A stretch of 64,000 nt of DNA from Promethearchaeota archaeon (GCA_016839555.1 JAEOUA010000003.1:1-64000), one strand, 5' to 3'. Shown: positions 49,923-60,985, counted from the stretch's first letter. Notes: generated from the sequence alone by a model not told the origin. Translations and numbers: made by a program.

Positions 49923-51098
49923 TTATTCAAATAAATAAGGGGTATTTGTTATTTGTTCTGGTTTTCCTTTTCTTATGATAAAATCATCCTCTAAATCTAT
50001 GGCACCCCATTTAGGAATAATAATTTTTGGTTCTAAAGCAATTACCATATTTTCTTTTAATCTAATATTGGCATTTGGTAAAATAACTGGGGGCTCATCG
50101 AGTTCTAATCCAATTCCATGTCCAAGCCCTTGATAATAATAACCATCTCCTTGAAAAAACCTCCCTAAACCTTCTTTCTCTAATAATTCTTTCATCCTAT
50201 TATAAATCTTATCAACTTTTATTCCCGCTCTTAAATATTCTGACTTAATCTCATCATATACATGCTTTAAAATTAGATATCTTTCTTTAAATTTCTCAGG
50301 ATAAGAATAAACATAAAATGTACGAGCATGATCCGCATGATAGCCCTTATAGTTAATCGCATAATCACACATCACAATATCTCCCTTATTAATTACTCGG
50401 TCAGAATAGCCGTATGGAATTGCTTTAGACAATCCATCCCCAGATAAGATAGGAAAATAACTTGGAATATAAAGGTTTTTTCCGCTTGCCAAGATTAAAA
50501 AATTCTCTCCAAATGCATTGTTAATTCTACTAAAATGGACTGATTTATTTTTTATAGCTTCATGAACTACTTCTGCTACAACTTCATATTCTTTAATCCC
50601 TGGCTTTAAAACCTTTGGAATTCTTTCTTGGGTTTTTTGAGCAACTTTTCCTGCCTTCCTAATTATGTTTAGTTCCTTTTGATCTTTTACCATCCTTAGC
50701 TTTCTCAATGAGAGTTCTATATTTTTTATTTTTGCTCCTTTAAGTAGGTCTTTGTAATAAAGATAAAAAGAAGCAGGAAGCGAATCAAGTTCCATACCTA
50801 TTTCTAGTCCCGCTGTTTCTCCTTCAATTTTGAGTAAATAATCTTTGAGTTGTGAAGTTTTTTCTAATTCTACTATATTTTCCAAAACAGATTCTTTTTT
50901 TGCTTTAAAAAAATTTCTCCGGATAAAGAGAGTTACACTTTGGTCTTTGGCGATAATTAAGATACCATATTGAGCAGTACCGCTCAACCAATATAAATTT
51001 TGAATATTTGTGATTAATATATAATCAAGCTTAAGTTTATCTAATAAGTGATATACTTTTTGTAAACGTGCTTTATACTTAAATCCATATTCATCCAT
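49923..51098 (-). CDS. Xaa-Pro peptidase (M24B)
   Basis: GYHADHART, GHGIGLELDE.P, ALEPK, ED. Confidence 0.92.
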   Translation of the reverse strand: MDEYGFKYKARLQKVYHLLDKLKLDYILITNIQNLYWLSGTAQYGILIIAKDQSVTLFIRRNFFKAKKESVLENIVELEKTSQLKDYLLKIEGETAGLEIGMELDSLPASFYLYYKDLLKGAKIKNIELSLRKLRMVKDQKELNIIRKAGKVAQKTQERIPKVLKPGIKEYEVVAEVVHEAIKNKSVHFSRINNAFGENFLILASGKNLYIPSYFPILSGDGLSKAIPYGYSDRVINKGDIVMCDYAINYKGYHADHARTFYVYSYPEKFKERYLILKHVYDEIKSEYLRAGIKVDKIYNRMKELLEKEGLGRFFQGDGYYYQGLGHGIGLELDEPPVILPNANIRLKENMVIALEPKIIIPKWGAIDLEDDFIIRKGKPEQITNTPYLFE

Positions 51099-51176
51099 AT
51101 TACTAAATGGAATTATAAATTCTTTAAAAAAAAATCGTTATTTATCCATCAAAATACTAAGTATAATATTTACCGT

Positions 51177-51638
51177 TTAATCTTTAGAGTTTATTTTTTT
51201 TAAATAAATTTTCATAAGGAAACGTTCCAATTTGCACAGATCCCCTTTTTCATAAATATTAAAATCATGACATTTTAAAATAAATACTCTGATTATTCTT
51301 AAAAATTTAAGATACTCGTCTATAGAATATTCAATTTGATTATACATTATTAATTTCGTATTTACATTATCGATTTCAGTAAAAACAGGCGCAAATTGGG
51401 TAAAGAAATCATTCTCAAATTCTTTGTTTGGAATTCTTAATAAAATATTTACAATATCATGTAAATCTTCCAAAGGATTTTCAACAGAATGGGTATGTAA
51501 AAGGGATATCAATTGAGAAATGAAATTAAATTTATTTTCATGAAAAGAAAGCTCATCCGATTGAATTGGAAGACTATCAAGATCCTTCTGGAAAAATTTC
51601 TCGAAATGTGTTTTCTTTACATAAACATTCGACGCCAT
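51177..51638 (-). CDS. Hypothetical protein
   Basis: 153-aa ORF with no motif. Confidence 0.6.
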   Translation of the reverse strand: MASNVYVKKTHFEKFFQKDLDSLPIQSDELSFHENKFNFISQLISLLHTHSVENPLEDLHDIVNILLRIPNKEFENDFFTQFAPVFTEIDNVNTKLIMYNQIEYSIDEYLKFLRIIRVFILKCHDFNIYEKGDLCKLERFLMKIYLKKINSKD

Positions 51639-52093
51639 TTTTTCACACAGAAAGGGATCTTGATATTAAGATACTAGCATTTTTATCTTATTTAAAAAGA
51701 AAGAGTGTTTTAATTTTTAGAAATAATATAAATTAGTTAATGTTCAAATTGTTTATAGATCAATACAGTTTTTATATTTAATTTTAAAATTGAAATAATT
51801 ACATTAAAATACAAAATTCTAATCATAGATTAGCTAATTATTGCTTAAAAATTAATAGATTTACCTCCAAATTTATTTCAATCTTCTTAAAAAAAGTTTT
51901 GATCTATTATCACGAACTTAAAGAAGATTTCTAAAAAATAAAAAGAAAAAAATTTTTTCCTTTATATGATGAAAAAATCAAAGAACCTAGAGAAAGAATG
52001 TTCAAATGATTTTGATTCATAGCAAGAGTATGGTTTAGGGGAATATTATTAAGAAAAATATATAAAATTAAAATATTAAATAAACAGATAAAA

Positions 52094-52324
52094 ATGGATC
52101 ACAGACTAAAACCGTTATTTCATATAATTGCAATTAGCCTTTTTCTATTTGGTATGACATTAATTCATACTGTAGTAAATACTCAAAATAACACTTTTAT
52201 ATTTTTTAATTTAATTTTGGGGAAAATGGTAGTTTTAGATACTGTAATACTATTTTCTGGACTTGCATTTTTTATCGAATTTTATCTAACATTCAAACCA
52301 ATTATAATACTGAGAGAGGAATAA
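52094..52324 (+). CDS. Small 2-TM protein
   Basis: Two hydrophobic segments. Confidence 0.55.
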   Translation: MDHRLKPLFHIIAISLFLFGMTLIHTVVNTQNNTFIFFNLILGKMVVLDTVILFSGLAFFIEFYLTFKPIIILREE

Positions 52325-52446
52325 AATCATTTTTATGGAAGATCAATATATTAGAAAGCAAAATTGAGTTTCCCAAAATCAAAAAAAGCTAAACGACAAT
52401 GATAAAAAATGAATTCTCCTAATAACTAAATATAGAATCAAATCAG

Positions 52447-52998
52447 CTAAAATTTCTGATAAAAAAATGTTAAAACTTTTTTTTTATTAATTTTAGTTTT
52501 TAACACCTGAACTTCCTTTAGAAAGGGAAAATTTTTAAGCGGATATTTATAGGAGATAAAAATCGTATTATTTTTAGCGGTGATAAAAACATGATTAAGA
52601 TATTTCTGTATGGTTGGTAAGGAAAAAATATAAATGAAATCAAATCGTTCTAAAGACACTTTAAAGAGATCTCCCCTAATTAGATTAATTTTTTCAAGAC
52701 TTTTTCTAAGTGATTTTTTTTGAAGTTTTAATTTTTGTATTCTTCTCTCAGTTTCTTTCACTAAATTTGAATTTATTTCTATTCCGATGGATTTAATATT
52801 ATAATTTAAGCTGCAATAAATAATTACAGCGCCATTACCACTTCCTAAATCAATAAGCCGCTGATCTGAGTAAGCTTTTAAATGGAATTTTTTTTCAAGT
52901 ATTTTAAAGATTTCTTTTAGTACTTTCTTATTAGATTCTAAAAAGGGAAGTGCCGATTGAGAAGATATATCATAATATTCCTTTTCTTCTTTATCCAT
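52447..52998 (-). CDS. Class I SAM-dependent methyltransferase (FAM173/Dot1-like candidate protein Lys MTase)
   Basis: LPFLES, LIDLGSGNG, IGIEIN, GDLF, SY.YP. Confidence 0.8.
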   Translation of the reverse strand: MDKEEKEYYDISSQSALPFLESNKKVLKEIFKILEKKFHLKAYSDQRLIDLGSGNGAVIIYCSLNYNIKSIGIEINSNLVKETERRIQKLKLQKKSLRKSLEKINLIRGDLFKVSLERFDFIYIFSLPTIQKYLNHVFITAKNNTIFISYKYPLKNFPFLKEVQVLKTKINKKKVLTFFYQKF

Positions 52999-53239
52999 TA
53001 AAAAAAAGTGTACTGTTAATAAGATTTATATGAAAAAGGCTTTTTCTTATTTAAATAGATATTAATACTTTTTATACTCGGAAATATAATAGTCTTTTTT
53101 TTCCTAACTTTCCTAATTTTAATCGATAAAATTGTGATTTATATGATAACTTTTTTAAAACTTTAATAAATGGATACAAATAATTTTAATTTAGTTCTTA
53201 ATCGTTCGATTTTAATTAGCATAATAGGGTCAATAAAAG

Positions 53240-54307
53240 ATGAGTAAGTCGAAAAAAATATTAGTAACGGGAGGGACAGGCTTTATAGGTGTCCATTTAG
53301 TAAAAAAATTATATGAATTAGGATATAATTTAAGATTATTTATCCGAGAAACCAGCGATGTTTCTCCCTTTAAGGATTTTGAAAATATTGAATATTTTAT
53401 AGGGGATGTCGCCGATTTAGAAAGCATTAAAAAAGCTACTGAAAATATTGATGTTATGTTTCATTTAGCTGCATATGTAGCAATTTGGGCGAAGGATAAA
53501 TCTATCTATGAAGAGACTAATGTAAAAGCAGTCGAAAATATCGCAAAAATCGCATTGGAAAAAAATATTAGATTATTATATGTGAGTTCCTTTTCAGCTA
53601 TAGGACCCACTCCTGAGGAACCTATTGATGAATCTTATGAAAAAACTGATCATTTTTGTTTAGAGTATGAAAGATCAAAATATAAAGCTAAGAAGGTTAT
53701 TCGAGAATATTTTGAGAATGGACTTAACGGGGTTATATTTTATCCGGCGATCGTCTATGGTCCAGGAGATTTCAATATTTTTGGTGAAATGCTTTATGAT
53801 ATAGTTCGAGGAAAATTTTTAGGTTGTCCAGGGAAAGGAGACTCCATAGCATGTTTTTCTTATGTTTATGATGTAGTCGATGCTATGATAAAGGTGCTTG
53901 AAAGAGAAGACATTAATAAAGAAGAATTTATTCTTGGAGGGGAAAATATAAAATTTGTTGATTATCTTAATATGATTGCAGATACAGCAGGAAGGAAAGA
54001 GCCAAGACATTTTCCAATGGGGATTGCAAAATTCTACGGTTGGATATGTGAGGTAGGTGGTAAAGTAACTGGCAATATTCCCTATATTACTAGAGATACA
54101 CTTGATAGTTTTGAACTCCATAGAGCGTATTCTTCTGAAAAAGCTAAAAAACAGATAGGTTATAAAATCACGCCCTTAAAAGAAGGGTTAAAAGAAACAG
54201 TTGCGTGGTATGAGAACTATATAAATCAAGATAAAAATTCGAGAGAGAAAGCACAGACTGTAGAAGATTTAGTTAAAATTAATAAAAATATAAAAGTTAT
54301 GAGATAA
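53240..54307 (+). CDS. NAD-dependent epimerase/dehydratase (extended SDR, dihydroflavonol reductase/HpnA-like)
   Basis: VTGGTGFIG, HLAA, YVSS, YERSK, VYGPGD. Confidence 0.92.
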   Translation: MSKSKKILVTGGTGFIGVHLVKKLYELGYNLRLFIRETSDVSPFKDFENIEYFIGDVADLESIKKATENIDVMFHLAAYVAIWAKDKSIYEETNVKAVENIAKIALEKNIRLLYVSSFSAIGPTPEEPIDESYEKTDHFCLEYERSKYKAKKVIREYFENGLNGVIFYPAIVYGPGDFNIFGEMLYDIVRGKFLGCPGKGDSIACFSYVYDVVDAMIKVLEREDINKEEFILGGENIKFVDYLNMIADTAGRKEPRHFPMGIAKFYGWICEVGGKVTGNIPYITRDTLDSFELHRAYSSEKAKKQIGYKITPLKEGLKETVAWYENYINQDKNSREKAQTVEDLVKINKNIKVMR

Positions 54308-54367
54308 AAAATTAGTTTTTATGAAATCATGATAAAATTATACATTTTAATAAAGTAATTTAAAAAA

Positions 54368-55807
54368 GTGGTGTGTAAAATTACAATATATGAATTAAAT
54401 GGAGATCTGGACTCTAAATTAAGCAAAATTGTAGGGAAAAAGAATGTATCTTCAGAAAAATTTGTTTTAATCTCCTATTCTGAAGATTCATCCCCATTTG
54501 AAGGGAAAGAACCTAGAGTTGTTGTACGTCCGCATTCTACCTCTGAAATTTCGGAAATAATGAAATTTGCAACTAAAACCAAAATACCAGTAATTGGAGT
54601 TGGAGCGAGATCCTCTATTAATGGTGCCCCAATTCCAAGAGTAGAAAACATGATAATGATCGATTTAACTAGTATAAAAGATATAATCGAAATTAATGAA
54701 GATTCTATGACTGTGACTGTTCAAGCGGGAATAACATGGTCGGGGCTAATTCATCAATTAAAAGAAAAAGGCTATAAGCTAGGATTTAGAGGCCCATACG
54801 GTGGAAATGCAGGTACAGTAGGAGGATCTATAAGCTCAAATAGTATTGGATGTGGAGCGTCAGCTAATGGTGGTGCTTGCGATGGGGTTCTTGGATTGGA
54901 GGTTGTTCTAAGTTCTGGTGAGATTATTCAAACTGGAACTAATTGGAGAAATAATTCTTCAGAATTTAGTGGTAGTTATGCCCGCTATTGTACTTTTAAT
55001 GATATGACGGGAATTTTTTTAGGAGATCATGGAACACTCGGAATCAAAACGGCAATTACCTTAAAAATTTATCCACTTCCCAAAGGAGAAGCTTATGCTG
55101 ATTTTGGATTTTCAGATATAGAACAAGCTACAAAAGCATTTCATGAAATTCAAAGATCTCATTTAGTTGAAGAAGCAGTGATGTTAGGAGATGCAAATTC
55201 AATTGATTTATTAGCATCCAGTTATCGCTCAACTTTTAAAAATGTCAAGTGTATTTTGGCAGTCATTATCGAGGAGATAGATGATGAACTTGCCCAACGT
55301 AAAAAAGAAATCTGCGAAAAAATTGTAAGAAAATATGGAGGAAAATCAATTGGTATGTTTCTATCAAAAGCTCATTGGTTGAATATGTTCAATTTAGTTC
55401 AATCCTTATTTGAAGAGGGGTATTGGTATAACACATGCCATTTAAGACCAATTTCAACCTTACCACGGTTAATAGAAACATTTCATAGACTCGCAGATAA
55501 ATATAAATTAAAAGAAAATAAATTTAATTGGATTATTTCAGCTTTAGGAGTTAATCATTGCTTTACGTCCGGCTGGATTACAATATATATGAAAGATCCC
55601 TTGAAAAAAGAGATAATATATAAGGTTTGGGATGAATTAAGAGAAGCAGAAATGCACCTTGATGGAGTTCCCTATTGGACAGGAAAATTATGGGAACCAT
55701 ATGTTTTAGATCGAGTGAACCCTACTTTTTATAAAGTATTAAAACAATTAAAAGCTACATTAGATCCTTTTAATATAATTAACCCAATGACCTTTGAATT
55801 AAAATAA
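54368..55807 (+). CDS. FAD-binding oxidoreductase (VAO/GlcD superfamily)
   Basis: VVRP....EIS, TVQAG, GTVGG, GLEVVL..GEII.TG, GTLGI.T, LDPFNIINP. Confidence 0.9.
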   Translation: MVCKITIYELNGDLDSKLSKIVGKKNVSSEKFVLISYSEDSSPFEGKEPRVVVRPHSTSEISEIMKFATKTKIPVIGVGARSSINGAPIPRVENMIMIDLTSIKDIIEINEDSMTVTVQAGITWSGLIHQLKEKGYKLGFRGPYGGNAGTVGGSISSNSIGCGASANGGACDGVLGLEVVLSSGEIIQTGTNWRNNSSEFSGSYARYCTFNDMTGIFLGDHGTLGIKTAITLKIYPLPKGEAYADFGFSDIEQATKAFHEIQRSHLVEEAVMLGDANSIDLLASSYRSTFKNVKCILAVIIEEIDDELAQRKKEICEKIVRKYGGKSIGMFLSKAHWLNMFNLVQSLFEEGYWYNTCHLRPISTLPRLIETFHRLADKYKLKENKFNWIISALGVNHCFTSGWITIYMKDPLKKEIIYKVWDELREAEMHLDGVPYWTGKLWEPYVLDRVNPTFYKVLKQLKATLDPFNIINPMTFELK

Positions 55808-57466
55808 ATGGTGATTAAGATGGTTAAATACTCTGAATTAGAAAAACATACAGATCTGATACAAATATGTGCAAAATGCGGTGATTGTGGAACTTCAGGT
55901 ACCCAATTAACGACAGCTAAGCGTCATGTGAGCGAGCCTTGTCCCGTTAAAAATGTTTTAGGTTTTGAAGCATATGATGCGCGAGGACGGATTCTTATAA
56001 TGAAAAGAATTTTAGAAAATAATTTTAAAATTGATAAAAAATTTTTGGATTGGGCATATACATGTACCGAATGTGGAAGTTGTCGTGAGACTTGTCTTGC
56101 AATAGAGGGAGGAATTGATACTCCTCTTTTAGTTGACGCTCTGAGAGAAGATTTAATAAATAATAAATATAGACTTGAGAAGCATGAACAAATTCTCAAA
56201 AATATTTTAGAAGAGAATAACCCATATAATGAACCAAGGGAACAACGGTTTAGTTTCATTGAGAAGGTTGAAAACTATTTCCAAAATGAAAATGCCAAGT
56301 GTATATTATATATTGGTTGCACAGAAAGTTATCGACAGCAAAATGTAGCATTGGCAACCATTGAATTATTAAATCATTTAGAGATAGAATTTCTTATTGT
56401 AAAGGATGAACCTTGTTGTGGTTCTATATTAAAACGATATGGCTATAAGAACGAATTTGAACGTATAGCAGCATCTAATCTAAAACAATTAGAAGAAAAA
56501 AATATTAAAAATGTTATTTTTCCTTGTGCTGGCTGCTACCGCACGTATAAAATCGATTATGAGCCATATAATAATACAGATCTTGAATTTTATCATCTCA
56601 CTGAATTTTTAGAAGATTTTTTTAAAGAAAATCCTTATGGATTTAAATCACAGACTCATAAAAAAATATCTTATCATGATCCTTGCCACCTTGGAAGACA
56701 TGCAGGGGTCTATGAAGCACCACGGAATTTATTACGATTAATAGAAAATACAACCTTTATTGAACTCGATGCATCAAGGAATTTTAGTCATTGTTGTGGA
56801 GCAGGCGGAGGAGTTAAGTCATCGAATCCAGAATTAGCAATTGACATGGCAGAACGTAGAAATTATGAAGCACTTGATAAATCTATTAATATTTTTGTTA
56901 CTGCTTGTCCATTTTGTGAAAGAAATTTAAAAGATGGAATTCCTGAGGATGCTAAAGAGTTTAAAATAGTAGATATTGCTGAAATATTAAGTGAAACAAT
57001 TCAAAAAGAACTTTCAAGTGAAGTACAGAGTTTTGGAGTTAAAACAAAAATCTGCCAACAATATATGGACTTTTTGGGACAGTATCCAGAGATCTTTTCC
57101 GATCTGGTATCAGGTTCAGATATGGATTTTGCAATTTATGACTCCTTTGATGATTTTGAAGAGGAGAAAATTATGGATGCATTTCATGTTATTAGAAAGA
57201 ATGAGGGAATAGAGATCATCCCGGGAAAAGCTGATGATGCAGATCTAGAATTGGCTTTATCAAAAGAAGCTATAGGAAAATTAATTCAAACAAAAAATAA
57301 AGCTGAATACGCCACTTTATTCGGCAATTTCTATAATGAACCCAGCTTTACAGAGGGATGGATCGATTTTCTTTTGCATAAAAGGACAAAAACGCTCATT
57401 GATATGGGATATGGGAAATTTGCCGAAGCCGCAGGCATTTTAGAAGATGAGGAAGATGCTTTATGA
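55808..57466 (+). CDS. Fe-S oxidoreductase (GlcF/HdrD-type, 2 CCG domains) with extra C-terminal SCP2-like domain
   Basis: CxxCxxC...CP, CTECGSCRETC, CCG, YHDPCHLGR, CCGAGGG, TACPFC. Confidence 0.9.
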   Translation: MVIKMVKYSELEKHTDLIQICAKCGDCGTSGTQLTTAKRHVSEPCPVKNVLGFEAYDARGRILIMKRILENNFKIDKKFLDWAYTCTECGSCRETCLAIEGGIDTPLLVDALREDLINNKYRLEKHEQILKNILEENNPYNEPREQRFSFIEKVENYFQNENAKCILYIGCTESYRQQNVALATIELLNHLEIEFLIVKDEPCCGSILKRYGYKNEFERIAASNLKQLEEKNIKNVIFPCAGCYRTYKIDYEPYNNTDLEFYHLTEFLEDFFKENPYGFKSQTHKKISYHDPCHLGRHAGVYEAPRNLLRLIENTTFIELDASRNFSHCCGAGGGVKSSNPELAIDMAERRNYEALDKSINIFVTACPFCERNLKDGIPEDAKEFKIVDIAEILSETIQKELSSEVQSFGVKTKICQQYMDFLGQYPEIFSDLVSGSDMDFAIYDSFDDFEEEKIMDAFHVIRKNEGIEIIPGKADDADLELALSKEAIGKLIQTKNKAEYATLFGNFYNEPSFTEGWIDFLLHKRTKTLIDMGYGKFAEAAGILEDEEDAL

Positions 57467-57520
57467 TTAAACTAATTTTTAATATATTTTTATATCAAAA
57501 AATAAAATTTTAAGATAAAA

Positions 57521-59014
57521 ATGGCTAATCAACAACAGTTAGAAATAAAAAATAAATATACAGGGGAAATTATTGACACAATCCCCGCAGACACACCAGA
57601 AACTATACAAGCGAAAATCAAGAAAATTCATCGTAATCAAGAGAAGTTAAGAGAGATGGATTTTTTTGAACGGGCAAAAAATCTCTCCAAATTCGCTACA
57701 CGCTTACGCTTCAAGAAAGAGGAGTTAAAAAAGCTTATAGTTGCAGAAGGTGGGCTTCCAATCAAATATTCTGAATGGGAAATTGCTATAGTTTCAAATG
57801 GTTTTAAGTTCTGCGAATGGTACTATCAATTTATGGAAGATAAACAGCTTACAAGTATAGAGGGTGAAAAATTTGCCAAAATAATATATCTTCCAGAGGG
57901 GCTCGCAGCTTGTATAGCACCAAGAAATACTCCATTAAGTCTGCCTTTATATCAATTAGGAGCTAATTACTTGGTTGGAAATGGAGCTATTGTTAAACCT
58001 TCTACAGCTTGTCCCCTCACTATGTTAGAAGCATATTCTATGATGAAAGAAGCAGAGCTTCCAGGGATAGATGCTTTAGATATTGCGATAGCTCCTGGAA
58101 GATGGGCTGTTGATGAATTTATTAAAAATGATTTAATTAAAGTCTTTCTTTCTATTAGCGCTTCTCATACTGCAAAAGATATTTTAGTAAGCTATGCTAA
58201 TATGTTAAAGAAATCCGTAGATAAATCCATGGGAATACCTATGTATACGCGTCCATTTAAGAAATTTATTTTTGAATGCGCAGGTAACGATGCTGGAATT
58301 ATAATGGATGATGTTAATTTAGAACAGGTGGCAAAATGGAATGTTGATGCAAGTTATACCAACTCTGGGCAACAATGTTTTTCAATGAAAAGAATTATTG
58401 TTCATCATGATATTTATGATGATTATATAGAATGCTTGATTAATGAGATGGAGAAATTAAAATATGGAGATCCCATGGATCCAGAGGTAGATATTGGTCC
58501 TTTAGGAAGTAGAAAGATACTTATGATGATGGAAGTAATGGTGGCAGATGCGAAGAAATATGATGCAAAAATTTATACTGGAGCAGAAAAAATTGATACT
58601 GGAAAAGAATATGGACTTTTCTATTCCCCAACTTTAGTTGAAATAAAGCCAGAATTATGTGAGGATTTAACTAAGGCTCCCTTTTTATGGAGGGAAGAGG
58701 CTTTTGGGCCAGTGAGATCTGTAACCAAAGCAGATAGTTTTGAAGATGCAATTAGATTAGCAAATGCAAGTAATTATGGAATGAGAGCAGCTGTTTATAC
58801 GAGCGATTTAGAAAAGATTGAGATATTGAAGAAAAAATTGGAAGCTGCAAATATATATATCAATGCTCGTCCAATGCTTACTGACATAACTGTAGCATTA
58901 GGAGGAATAAAAGATTCGGCTTATCCTCCTGGTGCCAAATACTATCCTCAAGAATTGATATATCAAAAATATATAATGGATCAGACAGCAAAAAACCTTG
59001 ATAAAATCAGGTAA
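57521..59014 (+). CDS. Aldehyde dehydrogenase, atypical
   Basis: KPS, ECAGND, NSGQQC (catalytic Cys), EEAFGPV, GGIKDS. Confidence 0.9.
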   Translation: MANQQQLEIKNKYTGEIIDTIPADTPETIQAKIKKIHRNQEKLREMDFFERAKNLSKFATRLRFKKEELKKLIVAEGGLPIKYSEWEIAIVSNGFKFCEWYYQFMEDKQLTSIEGEKFAKIIYLPEGLAACIAPRNTPLSLPLYQLGANYLVGNGAIVKPSTACPLTMLEAYSMMKEAELPGIDALDIAIAPGRWAVDEFIKNDLIKVFLSISASHTAKDILVSYANMLKKSVDKSMGIPMYTRPFKKFIFECAGNDAGIIMDDVNLEQVAKWNVDASYTNSGQQCFSMKRIIVHHDIYDDYIECLINEMEKLKYGDPMDPEVDIGPLGSRKILMMMEVMVADAKKYDAKIYTGAEKIDTGKEYGLFYSPTLVEIKPELCEDLTKAPFLWREEAFGPVRSVTKADSFEDAIRLANASNYGMRAAVYTSDLEKIEILKKKLEAANIYINARPMLTDITVALGGIKDSAYPPGAKYYPQELIYQKYIMDQTAKNLDKIR

Positions 59015-59035
59015 AAAACAAAGCATATTATAAAT

Positions 59036-59443
59036 ATGAATTCAGAAGAATTATATAATAAACTAAAACAATATTTCCCAAATAACCTAGATTTGATGCG
59101 ACATTTAGAGGTAGGTGCATGTTGGGAATATTTGATTTTTGAAAACTCTATAGATGATGAGGATCCTAAAGTACATTATTTTTTATATAAAAAAGATGAG
59201 AATTCTCTTAAAATGACCATGGAAAATCCGCAAATAGAACCAGATCTCATTCTTTATTTTACTGAAATATCAATTTTAACATTAATCCAAGGTAATCCGA
59301 ATGCGGAAGATTATTTTTCAGACTATAAAGAGATTATAGAGAATCCCAAGCCAGGTATGGTAGTAGATAATAAGGTCAATAAAGCCCGATTAAAGCTCTG
59401 GAGGATCGGGTATAAAAATTGGCAGAAAGATTTCAATTTTTAA
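59036..59443 (+). CDS. SCP2-like small protein paralogous to the C-terminal domain of 55808-57466
   Basis: Shared pattern DLxL....I..LIQ....AE...P....D....K....L...GY. Confidence 0.7.
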   Translation: MNSEELYNKLKQYFPNNLDLMRHLEVGACWEYLIFENSIDDEDPKVHYFLYKKDENSLKMTMENPQIEPDLILYFTEISILTLIQGNPNAEDYFSDYKEIIENPKPGMVVDNKVNKARLKLWRIGYKNWQKDFNF

Positions 59444-59476
59444 ACTGGAATAAATTTAATTTTAAAAAATCCTATA

Positions 59477-60985
59477 TCATTTCTCATTTTTATTAATTTC
59501 TTTTGATCTTGAATTCTCTAATTGTTTCAAATACTTTTTACGCCTTTCTTTATGAATTTTAAGCAATGCGCTTTTCATTTCCTCAACTACTTCCCCAGTT
59601 AGCGGATAAAAAACTACCCAAATAATAAAGCCTAATAATGCTACTAACCCCGGAATGAGTCCCATTGAGATGTTTACACCGAGAAATGCATTAAACTCTC
59701 CCATTGTGGGTTGTAACTTATCACCCACATAAATTAGGCCGAACAAAGTCATGAGGGAAGTGGGAGTTGCTAATGCAACACTAACCATTGGTTTCGCTAT
59801 TAAAGGACCAATTCCCGCATATAATCCTTCACGCCGCTCACCTGAAATTTTCCAAAAATCATAATCAATTGTATCAGCTCGCATCGGGTTATGGAGTATA
59901 AAATCTCCCGAGAACGCAAGAAATAAAATTGAAAATCCAATCGAGGCTAAAATCCAGATTCCAGTTAGACATAATAAAAACGTAAGAAGAAACCCAATAG
60001 CTGAAACCCCAAGGTAATAGCTTAAAGCAGTTTTTATAGAATATTTATCGGCAAGCTTTACCTCTATAATTCCTCCAACTATCAGACATATTGTGGGAGG
60101 AATCCAAAAAATGATCGATTCCATAGTTGAAGTAATCATCGGTGAGAGCACCCATGTTATAAAAAAGGGAAGTGTTGCTAAGAAAACATTGATAATATAA
60201 ACTGAAATTCCATCATACAGTAAATAAATAATATATGATTTATTTTTAAAGGCTAATTTAACACCTTCAATTAATGGTGTTGGTGTTTCTGGAATATGTT
60301 CGGAATGCTCACGAACAAAGTATGATAAAAACATATAAGGAATTATTCCGATTATCGCAATCACTATAATAAAAAACTGAAATAATCTTATAGATTCTAT
60401 CGTTGGATTTACCAAGAATACCATCGATAATATAAAACCAAGCATACCTCCTGGTAGCGTAAAAATTGAACATAAAATTTGAATTTTTTCTCTTTCTCTT
60501 TGATTAAGTGTCATTTGTGGAAGAAGTGCTGTAAAAGCACCGATTACGATTGTAAACATAGTGTCGTAGGCAAGTTGGCTTACTAAATACCATACGAATA
60601 ACCATATTTGAGTGGCTAAGGTCGGATCCCCACGCCATGCTTCCGGTGGAAAAAATACTAAAGTAAATACTAGACTGAATATAGGTGCTCCATACTTAAT
60701 ATAAGGAATATATCGCTGATATTCTCCTCGCCGCTTATTATAGAATTTTGTGTTATTAATCTTATTTCCAAAAATTGGATCATTGGCGACATTCCAAACT
60801 GCGTATACGATTTGCCCGATAACAATCCAAATATTTTGTAATCCCATCCATGCGAAATAAAAGGATTGAATTAAGCCCATTATAGAGCCGTAAAAAGATC
60901 CCGGCACGGTCGAAAAAGAATAAGCGAGTTTTTCTTTGAGAGGTACATATTCAGATTCTAAATCTTCTTTAGTAGTTTCAGTCAT
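59477..60985 (-). CDS. MFS transporter, GPH (MelB/MFSD2) family
   Basis: WNVANDPIFG, ALLP.M...ER, AD.IDYD...GERREG.Y.G. Confidence 0.92.
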   Translation of the reverse strand: MTETTKEDLESEYVPLKEKLAYSFSTVPGSFYGSIMGLIQSFYFAWMGLQNIWIVIGQIVYAVWNVANDPIFGNKINNTKFYNKRRGEYQRYIPYIKYGAPIFSLVFTLVFFPPEAWRGDPTLATQIWLFVWYLVSQLAYDTMFTIVIGAFTALLPQMTLNQREREKIQILCSIFTLPGGMLGFILSMVFLVNPTIESIRLFQFFIIVIAIIGIIPYMFLSYFVREHSEHIPETPTPLIEGVKLAFKNKSYIIYLLYDGISVYIINVFLATLPFFITWVLSPMITSTMESIIFWIPPTICLIVGGIIEVKLADKYSIKTALSYYLGVSAIGFLLTFLLCLTGIWILASIGFSILFLAFSGDFILHNPMRADTIDYDFWKISGERREGLYAGIGPLIAKPMVSVALATPTSLMTLFGLIYVGDKLQPTMGEFNAFLGVNISMGLIPGLVALLGFIIWVVFYPLTGEVVEEMKSALLKIHKERRKKYLKQLENSRSKEINKNEK

